Virus record (IMG/VR): IMGVR_UViG_3300032093_000012
Span: 1-64,000 of that record
DNA: 64,000 bases
Source: a virus
Strand: one strand, 5' to 3'
Shown: one piece after another, positions 1-9,973 of the stretch
How the letters are laid out: each line of letters opens with the position of its first letter
Position numbering within the stretch: position 1 is the first letter of the stretch
Translations under genes and position numbers: made by a program
Notes under the pieces: model-generated
Seen by the model: the letters and a program-made list of their open reading frames with translations, nothing else
Told to the model about the DNA's origin: nothing
The model's database searches: none

Positions 1-591
1 GCCGTATCCCTCATTAATATCATTCTTAATTTGAGCCACATCCTTTTCTACAAGGATGCCGTTATCCCAAACCCATTCCTTACCTTCCATGATTCCGTTA
101 GCAAGAGCTTGTGGAGCCGATGGATCAGCAACGATATCCGCAGCGGTAGCGAGATGGAAGTCATTCTGGACTTCCATGATATCACCCTTCTTAACGAGTG
201 ATCCCATACCGCGAGAAGAAAAGCCCAGTTTGGCACCTTCCTTCATAAGATTCTTTACGATATTTCCGTATGGAGTATCCATGATCTTTGCTTTGCCGAT
301 GAAGTTATCACCTTCTTGGCGCAGAGACTTGATCATGTGTGATACGCGCTCGAGATTGATGGTTGGTCCTTGTGGATGTCCAAGCTCACCATAAGCGCGA
401 TTCTGCTCAACGAACTCACGATTGTAACGTGCAACTTCGTTGGCTAGAGTTTGTGTTGGATAGATACGTCCGTTCTTGTTCTTAAGATTACCCTGCATGA
501 GGATACCTTCAAGGAAGAACTGCTTTTCACCTGCTTCATTAGATTCTGTGATGATTTTTAAGTCTTCATTGACTTCGCAGATGAGTTTCAT
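1..591 (-). CDS. gp21: Prohead core protease gp21 (runs off the left edge; absent from the ORF track)
   Basis: Manual translation from ATG at 591: MKLICEVNEDLKIITES...GNLKNKNGRIYP...RAYGELGHPQGPTINLERVSH...LGFSSRGMGSL...AADIVADPSAP. GELGHP, SSRGxGS and DIVADPS are hallmark T4 gp21 motifs. Confidence 0.95.
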   Translation of the reverse strand, partial: MKLICEVNEDLKIITESNEAGEKQFFLEGILMQGNLKNKNGRIYPTQTLANEVARYNREFVEQNRAYGELGHPQGPTINLERVSHMIKSLRQEGDNFIGKAKIMDTPYGNIVKNLMKEGAKLGFSSRGMGSLVKKGDIMEVQNDFHLATAADIVADPSAPQALANGIMEGKEWVWDNGILVEKDVAQIKNDINEGYG

Positions 592-977
592 TAGTATTGC
601 GAGCCTCCACTGATTGATGTTGTCTTATGCAACTTAAGAATAAGTGTAGCAGGGCCAGAACCAACTTTTGTTACTACTACATTTGATGTTGCTTCCGCAT
701 CACCATTGTCGATAAGGCGCGAGTCTGACATATCCATGACATGCTGACCGTCTGTTAACAGTAGGATTGTGTTTGCGCCGCGCTGAACTTGCCAATACAC
801 GTTGTTACCACACGACCACTCAGCAGAAACGATGTTCATGCGAGTAACGTTTTCACCCGCAGAGTTAGCACCAATTGTAGGCGTTGGATGATTTCTTTTA
901 ATGAAACCACTTGCATTAAACTTAGCGATGAACCAACCGCCCTTGACGTGTTTATTTACAATTCCTTCAGCGGCCAT
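591..977 (-). CDS. Hypothetical protein in the head-gene cluster
   Basis: 128-aa ORF whose ends overlap both neighbours by one base (TAATG coupling). Confidence 0.7.
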   Translation of the reverse strand: MAAEGIVNKHVKGGWFIAKFNASGFIKRNHPTPTIGANSAGENVTRMNIVSAEWSCGNNVYWQVQRGANTILLLTDGQHVMDMSDSRLIDNGDAEATSNVVVTKVGSGPATLILKLHKTTSISGGSQY

Positions 978-1555
978 TACTCATCCTCGCTCATTATGTC
1001 AGCAACGAAATCGAGGATGCGCTCGAATGAATCGACGCTCTCGTTAACAGCTGCTTTGAATACGGCTTGATTACCTGTGGTCAATCTATGGAACACTTCG
1101 TGAATAGAATTGTAGATGTCGGCGTTGATTTCGATAACGTCGCCGTTCATAAGTTCAAATTCCATCACGTCTTCATCCGACTCACTGATGACTGGAGCAT
1201 TGATGAAAACTGATTCACCAAATGATGGGGCTTGAACAGATGAAGGAGATGTCTTTAGTGGCTTCATGTCGCCTTGTGTCTTGTCAGCGCGAGTGAGCGG
1301 AGTCTTGCTACCCTTGAAACCAGACTGATCTTTAAGGTCTGAAGTACCTTGCTTGATAGGTCCGCGATCACCATTGTTTGGCTGATGATCAGCTAGTTTA
1401 GTTTCTCCGCCCTTGCTGGATACTGGATAATCTGTTACGTTGCGCGTATGTGCATCGTAAAAATCTTGTTCGCCCTGTGCGCGAGGACGCAGAGCTTTTG
1501 CCTCAGGATTTTCTTCCTTAGCCAGAGCTTCACGCAGTTGTCTGAATGTCTTCAT
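977..1555 (-). CDS. Probable prohead core protein (gp68 position)
   Basis: Start reassigned to MKTFRQLREA at 1555, overlapping the end of the gp67-like gene. Charged protein located between the gp67-like gene and gp21. Confidence 0.55.
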   Translation of the reverse strand: MKTFRQLREALAKEENPEAKALRPRAQGEQDFYDAHTRNVTDYPVSSKGGETKLADHQPNNGDRGPIKQGTSDLKDQSGFKGSKTPLTRADKTQGDMKPLKTSPSSVQAPSFGESVFINAPVISESDEDVMEFELMNGDVIEINADIYNSIHEVFHRLTTGNQAVFKAAVNESVDSFERILDFVADIMSEDE

Positions 1556-1745
1556 CTGTCTCAATCTCCTGCTCGGCTGCGAGCTCTTCGTCCTGCTGTG
1601 GGTTAAACATATTTGAAGCGATTTCAACCTTCTTCAGCTCAAGCGCGTCTTCGATCTTAGCTGCAAGCGCGGCTCCGATAGCGTCGCGAAATGAGTTTGC
1701 GTCCTGATCGGCGGCGGCTTGAATAGCTGTATAAATCTGTTCCAT
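1530..1745 (-). CDS. gp67: Prohead core protein, gp67-like
   Basis: 71-aa acidic helical protein (ALAAKIEDALELKKVEIASNMF + E/D tail) typical of gp67 homologues; GGAG Shine-Dalgarno and a late promoter upstream. Confidence 0.7.
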   Translation of the reverse strand: MEQIYTAIQAAADQDANSFRDAIGAALAAKIEDALELKKVEIASNMFNPQQDEELAAEQEIETDEDIQTTA

Positions 1746-1766
1746 AATGATACTCCGTTGTGAATC

Positions 1767-1774
1767 TATTTATA
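1767..1774 (-). promoter_or_regulatory. T4-type late promoter TATAAATA
   Basis: Exact consensus on the minus strand in the intergenic gap upstream of the gp67-like gene. Confidence 0.8.
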
Positions 1775-1777
1775 AAA

Positions 1778-4700
1778 TTACCCAATAATCCAACCCCAAC
1801 TATATCCAATCACAGGAGCATTTGCAAATATCCAACCACTGTTATTTCCGCCATCTGTAGAAGCTGCTCCAGCATACCAAGTTGCTCCTCCAGTTGCGTT
1901 AGAGTAGCTGATGGAAAGATAATTGGCGTTAACAGTGCCGCTTGCCTTGGACAGCGTGTGAGAAGCCGCTGTGCCACTTTGAATAGTCACCAAATTGCCT
2001 GCGGTCCCGTTGATGTTCCAGTTGGTCAGAGTTGTGGTGGTGCCAGCCGTGAAACTGAACGTGGTAGGTTGGACGCTGTTGGCAAGCGTGATGAACGTGT
2101 TGCTATCGGTAATGGTAAGCGCACCCGCACCCCCATTATTAAGTGTGCAGTTGTAAGTTGACCCACCGCCCACAAAGGTCTTGGCGCTTGCCGACGTCAT
2201 GTTAATGGTGCCCGTACCAGTACCCGCAGTGGTGGTGAAACCAGTTGGTGCAGCATTATTGAAGGAGGTCGCGCCTGAGCTGGGACATGTTAAAGTGCCA
2301 CCATTGAACGTCAGGTTCTTGGTACCTGCGGCAGTCGTGTAGGACGTGCCAGTGGTCAGTGTAAAACCGTTGAGGTCCAACGTACCGTTGGTGTGGGTAA
2401 GTGTGCGTGTTGATCCCAAGGTCAAGGCACTGAGCAGTCTGCAAGTGCCGCCTATGCCATTGAAAGTGATGGGAAAATCAAGCGTCTTGCCATTAGTTGT
2501 AATTGTTTGAGTGCCTGTAGTAGCGAATGTCCAAGCATTAACACCAGCAGTCAATGTTGGAGAAGTACCGTTAACAGTAAGGTTTCCGTAGATAATAATA
2601 GCTACGTTTGATAGTGTAAATGCACTGTTATCAATAGTAAGATTTTTAATTGTATTAGATGTTGTAAATGCAACAGATCCTGAAGTTAAACTTAATTGAA
2701 AACTTACAGCATCTGCTTCTGAAAGTGCTCCCGCCCCTATTTGCTGCCCGGCAGTAGTACCAGTTATCTGAACCAAAATATTTCCATCTGTCGATAAATT
2801 GGTTACAACAGTTGTAGTCCAAACCGTGCCCAATGTATTTCGCGAAATAACAAACTTACCACCGGAGCCAGACATTTGAATTCTTCTTGTGCCAGTTCCT
2901 GAACCAGAAAATACTCCAAAGATAGTAAAATTATATGAATTTAATTCTAACGTTCCTGTTGTAAATGTAACAGTTCGAATTGCTGATGCACCAACAGACA
3001 AAGCACTTCCTAGAGAATAAGTACCAGTACCACTAAACGTAATTGGAAAGTCAAGAGTCATACCATTTGTAGTTATTGTTTGTGTTCCAGCCGTACCAGC
3101 AAATGTCCAAATATTTGTACCTGCAGTAAGTGTTGGTGTAGTACCAGCAATTGTTAAATCACCGTAAATTGTAATTGCAACGTTTGATAGTGTAAAGGAA
3201 TTGTTGTCAATTATAAGATTTTTTACACCGTTACCTGAAGTAAATGTTACAGTGCCTGAAGTTGTTGATAGTTGAAAATTATATGATCTGTTTGATACTG
3301 CTGGGCCAGCAGATATAGTTTTAGTTGTAGCTCCTCCACCAGTTAGTTGTACAAGAAGACTACCAGAGATAATTAAACCGTTATTAGTGGTAGTATCCCA
3401 TACAATTTCTGCAGACGATGATGTGAGTACTATCCTACCAGTACCAAAATTTATTGCTCTAGTATTAGAGTTATTGGAGTCAAATTTATTACAAGTAAAA
3501 GTAAATGCTCCTAGAGCTAGAGTTCCAAAAGTAAGAATAGCAGTACCAGTTGTTGTTAATGCATCCTGGAGAGTCCACTCACCTAGTGGACCATTGAATG
3601 TAATTGCAGAAAATACATTACTATTTGTTGTAATAGTTAACCCAAGCTCACCGCCAGCAAAAGTTAGAGTACCTGTATAACTCTGTGTAAAATTGGTTGA
3701 AGGTAAAGACAAGCTACCATAAACGGTTAAAGTTGAACTGCCACTAAGTGTCATATTATTATCTAAACCAGAGGCTGTCATTGAGTGACATACTGCTCCG
3801 GTGCTTACTGTAACTGCAAAGCCTGCGCCTGAATCTGAGTTTGCATCAAATATAACATCTGTATATTGATCTGGAATATAAGAACTAACACTTCCACCCG
3901 AAGTATTTGACCAATTAGCATTAGAGGAAGCATTCCAAGTGCCACTACCACCTATCCAATAAAGAATAGGATTTGCAAACATTATATTGTTGTTGTTGCC
4001 ATTATCAACTGAACCGTTTACCATATACCATATATTTGGAACGTTTGCAGAAATATCTCTAACAGCTGCATATGGAACAACAATACGAGTTGCTCCTGTG
4101 TAAACAATATTTGCACGAGATCCAACAGTGCTTGCTCTAATAGTATTAGTAGACGAGCGAGTAGCTCCACTAGTCGTAAGAGAAGCAAATGTATTAGTAG
4201 TTGTTGATTGTAGTATTAAATCACAAGCATTTTGTAAAGTTAAATTATTAAAAGTGTTGCTTCCATTTACAGATAGGTGACCATTTCCTGCAGATCCTGT
4301 AAACGAGACATTGTAGTAAGTTTTGCTCCCACCACTGAAAGTCGTGGTTCCGGTATTAGTAAGTAAAATTGTAGATGAGCTAGCATTTAGAGTTAAATTA
4401 GTACCATTTATATTCCACGATAAACCAGAGCTAGATATAGTCCAGGTACCAGTTCCTAAATTGAGTGTTCTAGTGTTAGTTACGTTTGAGCTGAAGACTG
4501 GAATAGTAACATTATACGTGGCCGCACTAAATGTGCCGTTTGTCAGAGTCACACTAGAAGAAGTAGTTAAAGCACTTTGAAGTGTCCAAGAACCTCCTAC
4601 ACCATTAAATACAATTGGAAAATCGAGCGTTTTGCCATTAGTTGTAATTGTTTTTGAAGATGTTGCTGCAAACGTCCAATTGTTTACACCAGCCGTTAGT

Positions 4701-6367
4701 GTAGGGCTAGTACCAGCTATAGTTAAATTTCCGTAAATTGTAATAACTATATTAGTGGATATGCTAAAACTATTGTTATCAATAGTAAGATCTTTTATAG
4801 TATCAGATGTTGTAAAAGCAACTGTTCCAGCTGTTGTAGATAATTGAAAACTTATAGAATTTGCTTCTGTTAAAGCACCTGCAGAAATTGTTTTGGTTAC
4901 TGCACCACCACCTGTTAACTGGACAAGAACATTTCCATCAGTTGTTAAGTTAGTTACCGTAGCGGTATTCCAAACTGTGGCAAGAGTATTCAACGATAAT
5001 ACAATTTTGCCGCCTACGCTAGACCTTTGTATTTTTCTAACACCTGTACCCGAAGAAGAAAATATACCAAATAATGTAAACGTATATGAATTTAATTCTA
5101 ATGTACCAGAAGTTAATGTAACTGTTCTAGATGTAGAGGTTCCAACAGACAAAGCACTTCCTAAACTGTAGGTTCCAGTACCACTAAACGTGATAGGAAA
5201 ATCTAATGTTTTGCCATTAGTAGTAATAGTTTGAGTGCCAGAGCCTGCAAACGTCCATGCGTTTGCACCAGCGGCAAGTGTTGGTATTGTACCATTAATT
5301 GCCACATCACCATAAATTGTAATTGCAACGTTTGATAGTGTATAGGCGCTGTTAGACAAACCTAAACTTTTTACTGTATCTCCAGCTGTAAATGATGTAG
5401 TTCCATTGAGAGATGAAATAGAAAATCTAATAGCATTAGCTTCAGATAATTGACCAGCTGAAATAGTTTGCGATATATTGTTAGTACCAAATACAACAAC
5501 TAAAACATTTCCATCAGTTGTTAAGTTAGTTACCGTAGAGGTATTCCAAAATGTTGCAGCTGATACAGGTCTTACGGTTATGATACCATTACCAGACCTT
5601 TGAATTCTTCTAACACCTGTACCCGAAGAAATAAATGTACCATAGATATCAAAGCTGAACGAATTTACTTCTAACGTTCCTGTTGTTAATGTAACATTTC
5701 TATCAGCAGCAGTTGTACCAATAGTTACAGCACTATTCAAAGAATAAGTCGCTGTTCCCGCAAACGTAATTGGAAAATCTAATACTTTTAAAGATGCAAC
5801 AGTTATGTTTTGGGTTCCACCTGTTTTTGCAAAAGTTTGAGTGTTTGTTCCACCAGTTAGTGTCATGCCGGAGGAAACCGTTAGGTTCCCGTAAATAGTT
5901 CTGGCAGCATTTGAAAGTGTTCCTGCAAATCCCGTAAAATTAAGAGACCGCACGTTGCCCGTAAGCGTTAGCGCGTAAGTCCCAGCGGTGAAATTGAAAC
6001 TGATGCTATTTGCTTCACTTACCGCAGTGGCGGCTACTGTCGTAGCTGTTGCTGTATTGTTTGTGATATTGATAACAGGTGTACCAGTTACGGTGACACC
6101 CGTTCCTCCAGTGAAAACTGTGCCAGTGCTATTAAGTGAAATTGTGTTGGTTCCAAACGCAAGAGTCCCTGTATAGCCGGTCATTGTTAGCGTTTGAATT
6201 GTGACGCTGCTGTCTAAGGTGGCAACGCCTGTTCCAGATGAGGCGTTAAAGATTGCAGCATCGTTCGTGCCAGGCACAGATGCGCCGCCCGCGCCACCAG
6301 ATGTCGCTGACCACCGAGCAGTATCACTCCAGTTGCCGGTACCGCCGACCCAATATCTATTTGCCAT
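1778..6367 (-). CDS. Large T/G/S/N-rich repetitive beta-solenoid protein, probable tail fibre or adhesin
   Basis: 1529 aa; YWxGGxGxW motif occurs twice; recurrent TITTNGKTLDFPITF repeats; last gene of the fibre cluster. Confidence 0.7.
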   Translation of the reverse strand: MANRYWVGGTGNWSDTARWSATSGGAGGASVPGTNDAAIFNASSGTGVATLDSSVTIQTLTMTGYTGTLAFGTNTISLNSTGTVFTGGTGVTVTGTPVINITNNTATATTVAATAVSEANSISFNFTAGTYALTLTGNVRSLNFTGFAGTLSNAARTIYGNLTVSSGMTLTGGTNTQTFAKTGGTQNITVASLKVLDFPITFAGTATYSLNSAVTIGTTAADRNVTLTTGTLEVNSFSFDIYGTFISSGTGVRRIQRSGNGIITVRPVSAATFWNTSTVTNLTTDGNVLVVVFGTNNISQTISAGQLSEANAIRFSISSLNGTTSFTAGDTVKSLGLSNSAYTLSNVAITIYGDVAINGTIPTLAAGANAWTFAGSGTQTITTNGKTLDFPITFSGTGTYSLGSALSVGTSTSRTVTLTSGTLELNSYTFTLFGIFSSSGTGVRKIQRSSVGGKIVLSLNTLATVWNTATVTNLTTDGNVLVQLTGGGAVTKTISAGALTEANSISFQLSTTAGTVAFTTSDTIKDLTIDNNSFSISTNIVITIYGNLTIAGTSPTLTAGVNNWTFAATSSKTITTNGKTLDFPIVFNGVGGSWTLQSALTTSSSVTLTNGTFSAATYNVTIPVFSSNVTNTRTLNLGTGTWTISSSGLSWNINGTNLTLNASSSTILLTNTGTTTFSGGSKTYYNVSFTGSAGNGHLSVNGSNTFNNLTLQNACDLILQSTTTNTFASLTTSGATRSSTNTIRASTVGSRANIVYTGATRIVVPYAAVRDISANVPNIWYMVNGSVDNGNNNNIMFANPILYWIGGSGTWNASSNANWSNTSGGSVSSYIPDQYTDVIFDANSDSGAGFAVTVSTGAVCHSMTASGLDNNMTLSGSSTLTVYGSLSLPSTNFTQSYTGTLTFAGGELGLTITTNSNVFSAITFNGPLGEWTLQDALTTTGTAILTFGTLALGAFTFTCNKFDSNNSNTRAINFGTGRIVLTSSSAEIVWDTTTNNGLIISGSLLVQLTGGGATTKTISAGPAVSNRSYNFQLSTTSGTVTFTSGNGVKNLIIDNNSFTLSNVAITIYGDLTIAGTTPTLTAGTNIWTFAGTAGTQTITTNGMTLDFPITFSGTGTYSLGSALSVGASAIRTVTFTTGTLELNSYNFTIFGVFSGSGTGTRRIQMSGSGGKFVISRNTLGTVWTTTVVTNLSTDGNILVQITGTTAGQQIGAGALSEADAVSFQLSLTSGSVAFTTSNTIKNLTIDNSAFTLSNVAIIIYGNLTVNGTSPTLTAGVNAWTFATTGTQTITTNGKTLDFPITFNGIGGTCRLLSALTLGSTRTLTHTNGTLDLNGFTLTTGTSYTTAAGTKNLTFNGGTLTCPSSGATSFNNAAPTGFTTTAGTGTGTINMTSASAKTFVGGGSTYNCTLNNGGAGALTITDSNTFITLANSVQPTTFSFTAGTTTTLTNWNINGTAGNLVTIQSGTAASHTLSKASGTVNANYLSISYSNATGGATWYAGAASTDGGNNSGWIFANAPVIGYSWGWIIG

Positions 6368-6372
6368 TATAA

Positions 6373-6585
6373 TTACTCTGAAGAAGATTCTTGAATAACG
6401 GGTTCTTCCACCACAGGTTCAGGAGGATTTAAAATCATATCTAACCATCTGTCAAATCTAGCTTGCTTCATTGCTTCAATTTCTTCATCTGTATATGAAT
6501 GATTGATTGGTAAATGCAAGGCATCAGAAAAAGAATACACACCATCTTCGCTTGTCTTTGTAAAATCAATTTTAATCATTTCCAT
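6373..6585 (-). CDS. Small acidic protein, possibly fibre-associated
   Basis: Start reassigned to MEMIKIDF after an AAGGAG Shine-Dalgarno; lies between two fibre genes. Confidence 0.6.
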   Translation of the reverse strand: MEMIKIDFTKTSEDGVYSFSDALHLPINHSYTDEEIEAMKQARFDRWLDMILNPPEPVVEEPVIQESSSE

Positions 6586-6596
6586 AATATTCTCCT

Positions 6597-7331
6597 TTAT
6601 GCTTCTTGTGCTACAGCTATAACATCCCAACGACTATCTGTGGAATTATATATAGCGCCTACATATGCTGTTTTGTTTGCCACAGTTGTAGTTGGAAGAG
6701 TAGTTCCTATAACTCTAAACGAATTTGATACGCCATTAGTCCAAGTTAAAGATCTTGCTGTACCATTATCTTCAAATCTAAAAATGATTTTTCTTCCATT
6801 TACTGGTGTAGCAGAATCTGCAGATATTGTGCAATTTTCTGCCAAAGCAGTAAGTTGATACTGTTCATAATTATCACTATTCCACGCAAGAGTTGCAGTG
6901 GAAGTTGCTGTATTTACTCTTGGAGCAATTGTTGATGCCCAATAGGTAGCAGTACCATTACTTGTTAATACTTGACCTGATGTGCCATTAGAACTATTAG
7001 CAGTAAACGCACCAGTAATTACAAAATTGTTTACGGATATGGATTGACCATTTGTAAAACCGCCACCACCTGAAACAGTTGACCAATAAGTAGCAGTACC
7101 ATTACTTGTTAAAATTTGTCCAGCAGTGCCAAAAGAACCATTAGCTTTTATTCCTCCGGTAATGTTGATATTTGTAACGTTACCTGCAGGTTCAAATATA
7201 TTTGTACCATCTGAAGAATATAATTTTTTATCGGTAAGATTAATAGCCAGCTCACCTGTGCTGAGTGTAACTGTATTAGGTGTTTTTCCCGCTACAGATG
7301 AGCGCTTAAGCTGAATAGTTGTATTTGCCAT
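6597..7331 (-). CDS. Short tail fibre protein with Mtd-N-like N-terminal domain
   Basis: N-terminus IQLKRSSVAGKTP...LSTGELAINLTDKKLY; the GQxLTSNGTATYW motif is duplicated. Confidence 0.7.
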   Translation of the reverse strand: MANTTIQLKRSSVAGKTPNTVTLSTGELAINLTDKKLYSSDGTNIFEPAGNVTNINITGGIKANGSFGTAGQILTSNGTATYWSTVSGGGGFTNGQSISVNNFVITGAFTANSSNGTSGQVLTSNGTATYWASTIAPRVNTATSTATLAWNSDNYEQYQLTALAENCTISADSATPVNGRKIIFRFEDNGTARSLTWTNGVSNSFRVIGTTLPTTTVANKTAYVGAIYNSTDSRWDVIAVAQEA

Positions 7332-7362
7332 ATGGCCTCTTTATTCACCAGTATATACTGGA

Positions 7363-7890
7363 TTAAAAATTATCATCCTTCTTTTTAGAAGGTTTTTTTA
7401 TATTTATATTTGCCTTAAGATCTTCATTTTCTTTATACAAAGATTGAAGTTCTTGTGTCTGTCTTTCTAATTCTCTTTTATGATTTTCAATAGTACGTTC
7501 AGCATCATTTAATTGATTTTTAGCTTGATCTTTCTGTGATGTTAAAGATCCAGCATCTGATTTTAATTTATCACATTCATTTTGCAGATTACTAATTGTT
7601 TTAGTTAATTGATCAATTCTATCAGATAATTCTTTATTTTTAATAGTTAAACTTTCTATAGAATTAGTAGCCTGACCCATAATATCATTTGAAATACCTA
7701 CATTTTTCTGTGATTCTTCAAATTTTAATTCTGATTCATTTAAAGAATTATTAAGTGCTATCACAGAGTTGTTAAGAATACTAACTTTGATATCTAAATC
7801 TATATTTTTTCTTATCAGCTCTGTGATATAGTGCTCTTGCTTCTGTATATAAGCAAGAGCATATTGTTCTTTATTTTCATCATTAATCAT
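7363..7890 (-). CDS. Coiled-coil protein
   Basis: 175 aa rich in E/K/N/Q/L with heptad character. Confidence 0.7.
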   Translation of the reverse strand: MINDENKEQYALAYIQKQEHYITELIRKNIDLDIKVSILNNSVIALNNSLNESELKFEESQKNVGISNDIMGQATNSIESLTIKNKELSDRIDQLTKTISNLQNECDKLKSDAGSLTSQKDQAKNQLNDAERTIENHKRELERQTQELQSLYKENEDLKANINIKKPSKKKDDNF

Positions 7891-7907
7891 TATATAAATC
7901 CTTCAAT

Positions 7908-9938
7908 TTAGAATGATCCACCATCTAGTACGCCATAGACAAGAGCTGAACCGTTTGACTGAAGAACATAACCATCAGATCCAAGCGAGAGCTTTGATAG
8001 AGTATTACCGGTATTCGCTACTAGTAAGTCACCACTATTATATGTATCAAATCCAGTACCACCATCTGTAGCTGCAAGTGCAGTAGCTAATGATAATGTA
8101 TTTGCTGTAATTGCTACGTTTACTGTTGAGTTAGCAGTAATAGCAACATGTGTTGCATTTGATATTAATCCATTTGACTTAAGATAAGCCTGTAATGTGC
8201 CTTGTGTATATCCTGTACCAGCTATATCAACAGATGTTGTTGGAGAATCTTGAAGACCATAGAATATTTTGAAAATGCCATCATCAGAAGCATCTCTGAA
8301 TAAACCTGTATGTTCATGAGCACCACCAGCTACCTGATAGTTTCCATAAAAACCAATATCAAGAAGGTCTGTTGATGTATTATTTGTTGCAAGCTGGATG
8401 AGAGAGTCTTCAACAGCAAGAGTTGCAACGTTAACTGTTAATGCTTCACCGAGAACTACAAGGTTGCCAGAAACTTGAAGGTTCCCATCGAAATAACCAT
8501 CTACTGAGTGAACGTTAGCAGCGTGAATTTCTCTCCAACGAGATGTATTTGTGCCAAGATCATATGTTACGTTAGCACTTGGCGTAATAGCAGTATTAAC
8601 TGCTCCATTAATAGAAACGATATCTGATGAGTTACTACCTAATACTGCGTTACCAGATACTGTTAGATTTTCACTAATAGAAGCATTATTTGTTGATAGT
8701 GTTCCAGTTGCATCAGAAAGAGTAACGTTACCAAGAACGAGTGTTGAGCCAGAAAGATAAAGATCTTTCCATCTCATTGTTGTTGAACCAAGATCATATG
8801 TAACGTTAGCTGCTGGAACTAGTGCTGTATTAATTCTACCATTAACAGAAACAACATCACTGCTGTTACTACCAATAATTGTATTTCCGTTGATAGTAAT
8901 ATCATTAAATGTTACGTTATCTGAAGTACCTACTGCTTGACCAATATGAACACCGGTAGCATTTACTGTAACACCGGTACCGCCCTTAACGAACACACCT
9001 GTAGAGTTTGTTGTAAGACCGTCTTGACTGTTTACAAACACACCAGAAGAGTTAGAAACTATACCGTTGTTTGCAACTACAGCAATAGTAGCTGCTCCAC
9101 CTTCTGAAGAAGATGAACCAGAAATACCAGCACCAGCTGTAATAGAGGCAACATAGTTACCTGTTGTATCTGTACCAAGAGCTACAGAGTCAGCAGCAAT
9201 AGTTGCAGTAAGTGTACCACCAGTAAGATCTGTAAGTGTTATAGAACCAGAAAGGTCACCGCCAAGAGTAATTGTTGGTGATCTATTAATAGTGCCTGTA
9301 ACAAATAGATTTGATGAGATTACGGTATTTGTACCAGCAAATGTATTATTTCCACTATAACTACCATTTCTTGATAGTGTATCTGACATTGCATTTGAAT
9401 AAGCATTTGCAGCTTTATTGTCTGCATATGTATTTAAATCAGAGGCAGTATTTCCACCAACAGTTACAGCATTAACAGAGGTAACAGAAGCACCATTACC
9501 AGCAATATTTGTTACTGTAAGTGTATTTGTTGTTTTATTAAAAGTAAAGTCAGCATCACCGGCAAGGGCACCATCATCATTGAACTGTACCTGAGTATTG
9601 GCGCCAGAAGTAGTTGCCGCGGGAGCTGACCAATAAACACCGCCTGATGAGTTAGAAGTAAGGATTTGACCGGCAGTTCCAGATGCACCATTTGCATATA
9701 CAGCAGTAGGAACAAGGTTTGCTACGATAATCTTATCTATGCCAGAAGTAGCGTTTGCAACTAGCGCTTGGTTAGCAGTAAGAGTACCAGGATATCTTTT
9801 GCCTGAGATTGGTTCTACAACACCATTTGCACCGATGAAGAGTACATCACCATTAGATGACCAAGCTAATTCACCATTAGCAAGAGAAGTTGGTGTTGCT
9901 GTAGTAGTACTTCTTTTAATTTGAATTTGGTTTGCCAT
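7908..9938 (-). CDS. Tail fibre protein with Mtd-N-like N-terminus
   Basis: IQIKRSTTTATPTSLANGELAWS start; two PxANVTYDLG...RW repeats; ends LDGGSF. Confidence 0.75.
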   Translation of the reverse strand: MANQIQIKRSTTTATPTSLANGELAWSSNGDVLFIGANGVVEPISGKRYPGTLTANQALVANATSGIDKIIVANLVPTAVYANGASGTAGQILTSNSSGGVYWSAPAATTSGANTQVQFNDDGALAGDADFTFNKTTNTLTVTNIAGNGASVTSVNAVTVGGNTASDLNTYADNKAANAYSNAMSDTLSRNGSYSGNNTFAGTNTVISSNLFVTGTINRSPTITLGGDLSGSITLTDLTGGTLTATIAADSVALGTDTTGNYVASITAGAGISGSSSSEGGAATIAVVANNGIVSNSSGVFVNSQDGLTTNSTGVFVKGGTGVTVNATGVHIGQAVGTSDNVTFNDITINGNTIIGSNSSDVVSVNGRINTALVPAANVTYDLGSTTMRWKDLYLSGSTLVLGNVTLSDATGTLSTNNASISENLTVSGNAVLGSNSSDIVSINGAVNTAITPSANVTYDLGTNTSRWREIHAANVHSVDGYFDGNLQVSGNLVVLGEALTVNVATLAVEDSLIQLATNNTSTDLLDIGFYGNYQVAGGAHEHTGLFRDASDDGIFKIFYGLQDSPTTSVDIAGTGYTQGTLQAYLKSNGLISNATHVAITANSTVNVAITANTLSLATALAATDGGTGFDTYNSGDLLVANTGNTLSKLSLGSDGYVLQSNGSALVYGVLDGGSF

Positions 9939-9963
9939 TAGTGGTCCCTCTATTTTTTTTAAT

Positions 9964-9971
9964 TATTTATA
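9964..9971 (-). promoter_or_regulatory. T4-type late promoter TATAAATA
   Basis: Exact consensus in the gap upstream of the 676-aa fibre gene. Confidence 0.8.
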
Positions 9972-9973
9972 TT

